Positions 9,394-19,000 of a DNA stretch of 64,000 nt are shown here, piece by piece; position 1 is the first letter of the stretch, and the number at the start of each line of letters is the position of its first letter. The position numbers and the translations under genes are program-made. The notes below the pieces were generated by a model, which did no database searches, was not told the DNA's origin, and saw nothing but the letters and a program-made list of their open reading frames with translations. The stretch is from an uncultured delta proteobacterium (lineage in GTDB: Bacteria; Desulfobacterota; Binatia; UBA9968), in the NCBI GenBank assembly GCA_963816145.1, contig CAWFJP010000005.1, forward strand, positions 192,001 through 256,000. The letters are read 5' to 3'.

Positions 9394-12240
9394 ATGGCAG
9401 ACCTTCAAAAACAGGCTAGCGTGTTATCCTTACAACGAGAGGGCCAGTCGGTTACCGCGCAACTTTTCGAAGCGTATTTGTTGTGTCCCACCAAGTGTTT
9501 TCTTCAGTCTGTCGGTGAGGTGCCGCAAGAGAACGAGTTCGCGAGCTGGAAGGAATCTCGGCGTGTGACGTATCGTTTCGAAGGCACTCAAAAGTTATTA
9601 TCCGGACACCCTTCCTGGTTGGTTGACGAATCTCCTGAACTCGGTCGTTGGAGAAACGTGTCTTGGGATTTTGCCATCAACCCTGTTGCGCGTGCCGAGG
9701 GCTTAGAGGCGCGACTTCACGTCGTACAGCGCATCTCCGCGAGAAGGACGAAAAACCTAGCCTCTTTCGTACCATTTCGTTTTGTCCCCGACATCAAACT
9801 TTCGCGCTCCGACAAACTGATTGCTGCATTCGATGCGTTCGCGCTCTCGACGGCGTTGGGAGTGAAGATCCCTGTTACGAGAGTCATTCACGGGGATAAG
9901 GCATCCGTTTATAAAGCAAATGTCAAATCTCTGTCACGTGCAGTCCATAAAACCATTGGCAAAGTCACTGCCTTGTTAGTTGCCAACGCTCCACCAGATC
10001 TAATCCTAAACCGCCATTGCCCCGAATGTGTGTTCCAGAATCGATGCCGAAAAATAGCGGTTGAGAAAGACGATCTCAGCCTATTAGCCAATCTCCCTAA
10101 CAAGGAACGATTCCGGCTGAATAACAAAGGAATTTTTGCTGTTAACCAACTCTCCTATACGTTTCGCCCGCGTCGTCGCATCAAACGGATCGCGGCTAGA
10201 CCCGAAAAGTATCATCACTCATTGAAAGCCCTCGCGATTCGAGAACGAAAAATACACGTCGTGGGTTCACCAACGCTACGAATCGTGGGAACACCGATCT
10301 TTTTCGATGTCGAGGGGCTGCCGGATCGAGATTTCTATTACTTGATCGGTATGCGTCTGGAGGGCGATGCAAGTCCAACGCGCCATGCTCTGTGGGCCGA
10401 CGCCGCGGTCGATGAAGAGCACATATGGAACGCCTTCCTCACAGTATTGTCGAGCATCGAGAACCCTGTCTTGATTCATTTTGGCAATTTCGAAAATAGA
10501 TTTCTGAAGCGGATGTGCCAACGATACGGTAGCCTGCCGCGAAGATTCGCCAGCGGCTAAGGCGATCGTGTCTTCGATTAATCTATTGTCTGTGATTTTC
10601 GCCCAGGTTTACTTCCCTACATATTCTAATGGGCTTAAGGAAATTGCCCGATTTCTGGGTTTTGAATGGTCAGACCCCTCGGTTTCTGGCCTTCAATCCA
10701 TCGCTTTGCGATACCGATGGGAAGAATTCGGAGATCCCACGGTTCGCGAGAAGCTGATCACCTACAATGCTGACGATTGTGACGCGTTGAGCCTTGTCGG
10801 TCATAATCTCAGGCGACTCTTAGAGCCTGATATCGACGCAGACAAAACCTCAAGTTCTGTTTTCGAGATCGTTCATGCTGAAGCGCTGGCAAAAAACCTG
10901 AACTCTAAATGGCGTACCTTCAAGAGTCCTCTAGCCGATTTGGAGCATGTTAACCGTGCCGCTCATTGGAGCTACCAAAGGGACCGTGTTTTCGTTAGGT
11001 CGGGGGTGGACAAGCGGCTGTCGATACGACGATTCAGGCGACGCGGGTCTGTCAAGAAAGCGGAGACTGCTGGTTTTTCTCAAGGCTAGGATATCCTGCC
11101 CGGACTGTGGCAAAAAGGGACGGCGAAAATGTCGGCTCGTCTCGACGGACTGTGCAAGATTTGGTTTTCGGGCGGGCAAGCGTGAAAGGCAGACGTGTGA
11201 ACTACATGTTTCAGACCTACCGGTGTCGGAGTTGCGGACACGAGTATAACGTCCACGAATGGTATTGCGGTCGTGGCGCGGTGAAATGGGGTTGGAATCT
11301 GGTTGCCTACTTCGTCTACCACGTTGTAGGCCTCCGCGTTCCACAACTAACGGTGCAACGCGGTCTTCACGGCCTGTTCGGGGTCGATGTGGCTCCGGAG
11401 TTCTTTAAACGACATTAAAATCAGAGCGTCTGATTATTATTTGGTCAACCAAACGAAAGATCTTGCGCCGGATCGTCCAAGGAGAATTGATTCATGTCGA
11501 CGAGACCAGGGCTAACATAAAAGGTCATCTGGCTTACGTGTGGGTTCTCACAAACCTGCGGGAGGTGGTCTACATTCTAGCTGAGAGTCGCGAGGGGGAG
11601 TTTGTTCAGACGTTATTGCAAGATTTTAAAGGTGTTCTTGTGTCGGATTTCTATGCAGCTTACGACGGAATTGCTTGCCCCCAACAAAAATGTCTTATTC
11701 ACCTCATGCGCGATCTGAACGACGATATTTTGAATAATCCGTTTGATGAAGAAATGAAATCGATCGCCGTCGGTTTTGCTCGCTTGTTGAAACTTATCGT
11801 GGAATACTATCGATCGGCACGGACTGAAGACATATTTCTTGCGGAAACATTTGGTCGACGTACATCGCTTCTACCGATTTCTTGACTCGTCGGAAGTCAA
11901 AAGCGAAGTCGCATCCAAATGTAAACAGCGCTTTGAGAAAAACCGCGACAAACTGTTTACGTTCTTACGTTATGACGGGGTCCCATGGAACAATAACAAC
12001 GCCGAACACGCGATCAAAGCTTTTGCGAGGCTTCGGGACGTTATTGGCGGATCGTCTACAAAGAAGGGTGTAGACGAATATCTCACTCTCTTAAGCGTGG
12101 CTCAGACGTGCGAATATCAAGGGATCGATTTTCTGAGCTTTCTGCGATCTGAAGAGAAGGATGTCGACACCTACTGGGCAGCTTTCGTAAGCGTCCAAGG
12201 CGTCGCTGATTTTGTGTCGGCAGCTATCGGAACTCGCTAA
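9394..12240 (+). mobile_element. TM0106-type (RecB/Cas4-like + RNase H-like) nuclease fused to an IS66-family DDE transposase, multiply frameshifted
   Basis: Consecutive frames give YLLCPTKCF, RHCPECVFQNRC, FFDVEG, FPTYSNGLK, YNADDC, CPDC/CRSC, IHVDET, LVSDFYAAY, QKCLIHLMR and NNNAEHAIK; visibly lower GC than flanks. Confidence 0.85.
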
Positions 12241-12304
12241 TGGCATCGAGACTTTAGCGGAAAGGTGACATGCTTTCTCCGTTAAGAACGGTTGGGGTTG
12301 CTAA

Positions 12305-12542
12305 ATGCCGACGATTCTGCGAGTTAGGTCCTTTTCGTTTCTTTTTCTACGCTGGGGATCGAGAGGAACCGCGGCATGTTCACGTCGAGCGTGACGATCG
12401 GATCGCGAAGTTTTGGCTTGATCCGATTCGGCTTCAAAGCAGCGGCGGTTTTTCGCGACTGGAAATTGCGCGCATCGAAAGATTGGTGAGCAATCACCGA
12501 GAAGAGCTTATGGAGGCTTGGGATGAATACTTCGGCGGTTGA
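12305..12542 (+). CDS. DUF4160 family protein (putative toxin), 1-nt frameshift near 12326
   Basis: MPTILRV then GPFRFFFYAGDREEPRHVHVER...AKFWL after removing one base. Confidence 0.85.
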
Positions 12543-12873
12543 AATCGCGATTCCGTACGTTGAAGACGTGACCGTGTCTCAAGACACGCTTACCGTGGAA
12601 CTTGGCGATGGCCGAACTCTTTCGGTTCCTCTGGCGTGGTTTCCTCGCTTGGCGCATGCGTCATCGGCCGAGCGTAAGCGTTGGCGTCTGATCGGCAGAG
12701 GCGTCGGAATTCATTGGGAGGATATCGACGAGGATATCAGCGTCGAAGGGCTATTAGCAGGGAAGGCGTCAGGGGAAAGCCAGGCGTCATTCAGCAAATG
12801 GCTTGCGAAGCGTTCGTCGCGGCCAACATCACGCTCAACAAAGACACGCTCAAAGGTGAGTCGGTCGGGTTAG
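12523..12873 (+). CDS. DUF2442 family protein (putative antitoxin)
   Basis: LxDGRTLSVPLAWFPRL and GIHWEDIDEDISVEGLLAG; overlaps the DUF4160 stop. Confidence 0.9.
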   Translation: MNTSAVEIAIPYVEDVTVSQDTLTVELGDGRTLSVPLAWFPRLAHASSAERKRWRLIGRGVGIHWEDIDEDISVEGLLAGKASGESQASFSKWLAKRSSRPTSRSTKTRSKVSRSG

Positions 12874-12875
12874 CG
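12821..12875 (+). other. Degenerate attC-like site
   Basis: GGCCAAC (R''), CGCTCAAC (L'') and GTTAGCG (L', complementary with one extra base); no intact R' box. Confidence 0.4.
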
Positions 12876-12925
12876 CAGTGGAGCGGGAACTAGGATCACG
12901 CTTGCATGCGGGTGGTCCGCAAATC

Positions 12926-13747
12926 CTACCGCAAAGTCTTTTTCAACCACTCCGTCACAATCTTCGAAACTTTATCCTCTGCGCCGACATAGAAGTGGTC
13001 GCAGTCGGGGATGATTGCGACTTCGCAGTGGCCGGGGCAATTTTTCGCGAACTCTTCGGCGGGGTAGTTTTCTTTGGGCTCCTGGTCGCCGCGGATGAAG
13101 AGGACGGGGCAGGTGATTTTCTTGGCGTTCTCCAGCAGGTCGGGGGCGTTGGTCAGGCGGTCGAGGAATGTTCTCGCCGAGATCACCCACCACCAGGCGG
13201 GGATGAGCATGAGTTGTCTGGGCTTGCCGGCGGCGACCAGGGCTTCGGCTTCTTTTCTCTGCTTTTCGACATCGCCGGCGAGGGAGTAGTTGCGCGCGGC
13301 GCGCTGGTGGACCATGCGGTTGCCGCCGGTGTGGGCTGATAGCAAAATCAAGGCTTTGGTTTCCGGGTGATGCGCGACATGTTCGGCGGCGAGAACGCCG
13401 CCGTTGCTGTGGCCGATCACGATGGGATTGGGAAATCCTCTACCGGCTAAATATTTCGCCACCAGATTGTTGTCTTCGACGCCTTCAGCGACGGTTTGAT
13501 AGGCGCCGCCGACGCATTCACGGCTGTCGTAGGTGCTCACCGAGTCGTGGCCGCGGCGGTTGAAGGCCAAGTATTCAAAACCTAATCCAGTGATGTGCGG
13601 CGCCAGAAAGCGCGCGGCGCAGACGTAGAAATTCATCTGATTGCCGTGGCAATACATCGCCGCGCCTTTGCTCGGTCCGTCGGGTGTGTAGTAGGCCCCG
13701 TCAAGCGGATGCGTTGGCGTGGCAATGCTGATAAGTTCGGTGCGCAT
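12926..13747 (-). CDS. Alpha/beta hydrolase
   Basis: HG oxyanion segment, GHSNGG nucleophile elbow, C-terminal DHFY His. Confidence 0.9.
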   Translation of the reverse strand: MRTELISIATPTHPLDGAYYTPDGPSKGAAMYCHGNQMNFYVCAARFLAPHITGLGFEYLAFNRRGHDSVSTYDSRECVGGAYQTVAEGVEDNNLVAKYLAGRGFPNPIVIGHSNGGVLAAEHVAHHPETKALILLSAHTGGNRMVHQRAARNYSLAGDVEKQRKEAEALVAAGKPRQLMLIPAWWWVISARTFLDRLTNAPDLLENAKKITCPVLFIRGDQEPKENYPAEEFAKNCPGHCEVAIIPDCDHFYVGAEDKVSKIVTEWLKKTLR

Positions 13748-13842
13748 TTTGGTTTCCTCGGCACTGCTGCTGATGTTTGCGACAATATGGCGTAATGTGT
13801 TTCAAATTCAAAGTGTGCTGGAGCAGATTGGGGGAGAGTTCC

Positions 13843-14973
13843 ATGGTTGAGCAAAAAAAACCGCCGTTTCGCGCCGATCATGTCGGCAGCTTGTTAAGAC
13901 CGCCGGTGCTGTTGGAGGCGCGGGATCAACGGGAACGCGGCGAGATCGATGATGTCCAACTGCGCGCGGTCGAAGACCGCTGCATTCGCGATGTCGTAAA
14001 GATGCAGGAAGATATCGGCCTGCAGGCGGTGACCGATGGCGAGTATCGGCGCAAGCTCTGGAATGTCGACTTCGTCAGAAAATTCGCCGGTGTCGTGGTC
14101 AAGGAAGGGCTCGCCGCGGAGGCCGACAAATCGTTTCAAGGCGGCGATGCCAACTTGCAGCGCTCGCCGACGCGATTTGACGTCACCGGCAAACTGAAGC
14201 GGGTGCGCGAGCATGAGGTCGAGAACTTCAAGTTCACCCAGTCGGTGACGAACGTAACGGCGAAGCTGTCGATCCCATCGCCTTCGGTCTTGCACTTCCG
14301 CGGCGGGCGCGGCGGCGTGAGCCAGGAAGCCTACCCCGATATGGCGGAATTCTTCACCGACCTGGCGCGCGTCTATCGCGAAGAAATCCACGCGCTCGGC
14401 GCTGCGGGCTGCACTTACCTGCAGATCGACGACACCAACCTGGCTTACCTCTGCGATCCCAAGATGCGCGAGGGCGCCAAGAAAATCGGCGAAGACCCCG
14501 ACCGCTTGCCGTCGCTCTACGCCAACTTGATCAACGAGTGCATCAAAGACCGTCCGGCCAACATGGTGGTTTGCACGCATCTATGCCGCGGCAACTTCGC
14601 CAGCGCTTGGGTCGCCGAAGGCGGCTACGATCCGGTGGCGGAAGTGTTATTCAACGAATTGAAGGTCGACGGTTACTTTTTGGAATTCGATTCCCCGCGC
14701 GCCGGCAATTTCGCGCCGCTGCGCTATCTGCCGGAGGGCAAACGTCTGATGCTCGGCTTGGTCACGACCAAGACCGGCCAATTGGAAAATCCCGACGATC
14801 TTAAGCGTCGCATTGACGAGGCCGCCAAGGTGGCGCCTTTCGATCAGCTCGGCATCGCGCCGCAGTGCGGCTTTTCCAGCACGGTGCTGGGAAATAAACT
14901 GACCGTCGAAGACCAGATTGCGAAATTACGATTGATCGTCCAGGTGGCCCGCGACGTTTGGGGCGGGGTCTGA
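13843..14973 (+). CDS. Cobalamin-independent methionine synthase II family protein (single catalytic barrel, MetE-like)
   Basis: RADHVGSLLRP, TDGEYRR, HLCRGN and PQCGFSS Zn ligands; ATG 13843 follows GGGGAG. Confidence 0.93.
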   Translation: MVEQKKPPFRADHVGSLLRPPVLLEARDQRERGEIDDVQLRAVEDRCIRDVVKMQEDIGLQAVTDGEYRRKLWNVDFVRKFAGVVVKEGLAAEADKSFQGGDANLQRSPTRFDVTGKLKRVREHEVENFKFTQSVTNVTAKLSIPSPSVLHFRGGRGGVSQEAYPDMAEFFTDLARVYREEIHALGAAGCTYLQIDDTNLAYLCDPKMREGAKKIGEDPDRLPSLYANLINECIKDRPANMVVCTHLCRGNFASAWVAEGGYDPVAEVLFNELKVDGYFLEFDSPRAGNFAPLRYLPEGKRLMLGLVTTKTGQLENPDDLKRRIDEAAKVAPFDQLGIAPQCGFSSTVLGNKLTVEDQIAKLRLIVQVARDVWGGV

Positions 14974-14976
14974 TCG

Positions 14977-16041
14977 ATGACGGGCTTTCGCGGCGAGCTT
15001 GCGCTCAAATTCGCGTTGCAAAGCGCAACTCAATACGGGACTCCCGACGTGGTTCGCCTGGCACGGCTCGCTCTCGGGCAAGGCTTCAAGCAGATCTGGG
15101 TCAACGACAATCTGGGTCAGCGCAACATTTTCGTTGTCTTGGCGGCGATAGCGGCGCAGGTGCCGATCAAGTTAGGCACCGCGATTGTCGTGCCGTATTT
15201 TCGTAATCCGGTGGACATTGCCGATAGTTTGGCTGCCCTCTCTGAGTTGACCGAGGGGCGCGAGGTGAGTGTCGGCATCGCTCGCGGTGAATCGGCTCGC
15301 GCCGGCCAGCAGGTCGAGATGCCGAACCCCGTCGCCATGGTGCGCGAGACAACCTTAGCGATCAAGGCTTTGCTGGCAGGAGACAGCGTCAAGTTTCGCG
15401 ACTACCCGACAGCTTGTGCCTATCATCATATCCATCCCGAACAAGAGTTTCGTTTAGCCTTTTCCCCCGGCGCGCCGATGCGATTCTATTGCGGCGGGCA
15501 CGGAAAGCGCATTCTCAAAGTCGCCGGCGAGGTGATGGATGGGATTTATTTCGGCGATCATGCCATTCCCGTGATGCGCGCCGGTCGTCTCGACGCGTTC
15601 CTGGCCGTTGCACGTGCGGCCAGTGCCACGCGTAGCCAGGGCCGGTTCGACATTTGCGAGTTAGATATTTCGCTGTCGCGTGATCGCGCGAGCGCATTCG
15701 CGTATGCCCGTCCCTTCGCTGCCCATGTTCTAGTGCATCTTGAAGGCATGGGTTTTACCGCGGACGATTTTCAGTCGTTGGCGATAGAGCCGAGGTTGGT
15801 GGATTCGCTGATCGAAGCTTGCCGCGGCGGTGCAACGATTCAGGCCGCTTCAGCTCTGCTCTCGGATGACGTGGTAAAAAGCTGCTTTGTCGTCGGCAGT
15901 CCTGAGGAATGCCGCGATCAGCTCGCGGCATTGATGGACGAAGCGGAGCGGCTCAAGCTCAGCCAAATGGCTTTTGCTAAGCTAGGACCGGATTATCATG
16001 AGGCGATTAGCTTACTCGGAGATACCTGCGGCCGCTCCTAA
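14977..16041 (+). CDS. LLM-class flavin/F420-dependent oxidoreductase (Mer-like)
   Basis: GFKQIWVND, KLGTAIVVPYFRNP, AGEVMDG and VVGSPEEC motifs. Confidence 0.88.
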   Translation: MTGFRGELALKFALQSATQYGTPDVVRLARLALGQGFKQIWVNDNLGQRNIFVVLAAIAAQVPIKLGTAIVVPYFRNPVDIADSLAALSELTEGREVSVGIARGESARAGQQVEMPNPVAMVRETTLAIKALLAGDSVKFRDYPTACAYHHIHPEQEFRLAFSPGAPMRFYCGGHGKRILKVAGEVMDGIYFGDHAIPVMRAGRLDAFLAVARAASATRSQGRFDICELDISLSRDRASAFAYARPFAAHVLVHLEGMGFTADDFQSLAIEPRLVDSLIEACRGGATIQAASALLSDDVVKSCFVVGSPEECRDQLAALMDEAERLKLSQMAFAKLGPDYHEAISLLGDTCGRS

Positions 16042-19000
16042 TGGGACATCGCTTGCCAAATCTCATGGGCCAGCGACTCGATGCTTTTGCTTCCCAGGAT
16101 CTTTGTGGCGGAGATTGCGCAGTCGAAGTCGAGGCGGATCTGGTTCGATAAAACCATGGCGACCATAGAGTCCAGCCCCAAGGCCATGAAGCCGCTCTCT
16201 GCCGTGATCGTCGATTCGGGAAATCCCGATAGTTCGGCGCATTGTGTCTGCAGATAGCGCATCATACTTTGCACACTGGAGATCGCCGTAAGCGGCTCAA
16301 CAATGCGGTGCGAGCCGGTCTGCACCCTGCGTTCGCCGGCGCCGAGGGTTGTTTGATCTCTGGGCGCCGCCACGGCGTCGCGCGTGATCGGCCGCAAACG
16401 GAACCCTGCTAGTTTTGCCACCAGCTGGCCGGCGCTATTCAAAATCGACAGGTCGGCAACAACGTCGTCCGCGCTATGATCGCGCAATCGCGCATGGCAC
16501 CAAGCTTCATGGTGGGTCGACGGCACATCGAACAACATGAATGTATCGACTGAAAACGGCACAAACGTAGCGCCGGTTTTGTCCATGACCTCTGCGGTCT
16601 CGATAGTCGCGCAGCAGTGCAGCACCTGGCAGGCGGCTTCGATCAGGCCGGGATGGAGCCGATAGCGCGAAACATCGATCATCTCGTTCGGGCAGACGGC
16701 GCGGCATAGCGCTTCGCGATCGCCCTGCCAGATTGAGTCGATCCAGCGGAACGCCGATCCGGTGCCACCCTGGTTCGCCCAAATCTTCGAGTAAAATTCC
16801 ACGCCCGACAATGGTTTGCGACAGCGGGCTTTGATAGCGGCCAAAGGCAAAGTCTCCTCGTCAAGGCGCCGATCGCTTGATGGCTGCGAGCGCCCCAGCC
16901 CAATCATATGGGGCGTCCACGCCGCATTGTTCCTCGTTGGCTTCTTGACTGTCGGCGCTGGTGAGTTCCAAGTTCCATCGTTGCTGTTCGGGCCTGAAGA
17001 TGAGCTGAACATCACGCTGACAGCCGTCCGGAAGCAACAGGGGACGCAGCATGTAGAGATCTTCGAATTGAAAAGCCGGGTCTAGTGCGCCGCCAAGGTG
17101 CTCAGCTGCTTGGGCGAGCATCGCAAAATGCGAAGCGGCGGGCGGCAGTGATATACCAAACAGGCGGTGGTCGGTGAGAAAGTGAGGCGAGGTCTGGGTG
17201 AAACGCGATTCAAAACGAATTTCGTTCGAGCCGGGCAAGCGGAGTCGCCTTCCCAGCAAAGGATGATCGGTTGGCTCAGCCGAAGGAGTGGTCGCGAGCG
17301 GCGCGGCGGACGCCAGCGCGCCTTGATACCAATGACGCGAACGTTGGAATGGGTAGCTCGGCAGAGGGACGGGCGACCGGCGCTGGCCGCCTTGAAAAAC
17401 GGCCCAGTCTGCCGGCGCTCCGCGAACGTAGAGACGCGCCAGGGTCTCGAGTAGCGCGATCCAGTCGTTTTCGCCGCGGCGCAGGGTTGGAATTGTTTCG
17501 CTGCCAGGCTTTGACGCACCGTCTTGGTTTGAGTGAGACGAAATACCGTTGGGGCCGACTTCGACAATGATGTCGCACTGTTTTTCGAACTCGGCCCGCA
17601 TCGCGCCTGGGAACTGTCTTGGGTGCCGCATACCTTCGCCGCTGTACTGCTGAACGAGAAACTCGTTCGTCAACGTCTGATCAGATGCTTGGCCGATCGG
17701 TTGCAAAGTGGGATGATGCCCTGGGATTTTGCCGCGGAGATGTTGTCGCGGTTTGCCGGCCGCCAAGGCGATGCCATCCTCCAGGCTCAGAACTCCGGCG
17801 ATGCAGCCGGCCGCAAACTCACCGACGCCCTGGCCGATGAGGCACCGGGGCTCGATCCCGTACCAGCGAAGCAGTTCGGCTAGCGAGTATTGCAAGGCAA
17901 ACAGGGCGGGCTGCGCATACTCGGCGCGCTGCAGCAGATCTCCCGACGCGGCGAACATCACATCGACCAAGGGGCGCTCAAGATGACTGCGCAGGGTTCG
18001 ATCGCAGTCATCGAGCAAGCTGCGGAATTTTCTGCTGGCGCGATAAAGCTCTTGCCCCATGCCCGGATATTGCTCCCCATGCCCGGAAAATGAAAAACCA
18101 ATCGCTAGCTCGCTAGCGGCTTTAGCCCGCCAACGGCCGGACGCACCGTTCGAGCGTTCGCCGCGCGCCAAGCGCTCGCGCATTTGCTCGACGGTGTTGC
18201 CGACGACGGCGGTACGATACCTATAGCGAGACCGACTGCGCTGGCTTGTCGCTGCGATACTGCCGATGTCGGTGCTGGAGTTTGCCGCAAGAAAATCCTG
18301 GTAGCTCGCCTCCAATTGAGCGAGCGCTGGCGCAGATGCCGCTGAGAGCGTCAGCAGGGAAGCGGGCAACTCATCCGCGGTAAAATCATCAACCGCCGGA
18401 GGCGCTTCCTGTAGGACTACGTGACAGTTGGTGCCGCCGACGCCGAATGAGGAAACCCCGGCGATGCGATGCGCACGCCGATAGTCGGTCGGCCACGGCA
18501 GCAAGCGGGTGGAGATCCGAAAGGGACTGGTGTCGAGGGCGATCTCCGGATTGGCTGTCTGGAAATGCAGCGTTGGCGGGATCTCGCGGTTTTTGAGCAC
18601 CAGGACGGTTTTGATCAGGCCGGTGATGCCGGCGGCGGTGTCGAGGTGGCCAATATTGGTCTTGACCGCACCCAGAGCGCAAAAGCCGCGTTCGGTGGCG
18701 GTGCGCCGAAAGGCGCGCTCGAGAGCGGCGAACTCGATGGGATCGCCGATCGGCGTGCCGGTACCATGGGCTTCGACATAGCCGATCTCAAGGGCCTTAA
18801 CCTGCGCGTGCTCCTGCGCCCGCAGGATCACCGCAGTTTGACCGTTGACGCTCGGCGCGGCAAAGCTCGCCTTGTTCGAGCCATCGTTGTTGATCGCCCA
18901 ACCGCGAATCACCGCGTCGATGCGGTCATTGTCTCCGATCGCGTCTGTTAGCCGTTTGAGCACGACGGCGCCGACGCCGTCGCTGAAAACCGTACCAGAG

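Noticed and set aside
12187-12196. GTAAGCGTCC resembling an IS66 terminal inverted repeat
   Set aside because: Wrong orientation for a right end and no matching partner found by eye upstream of 9394
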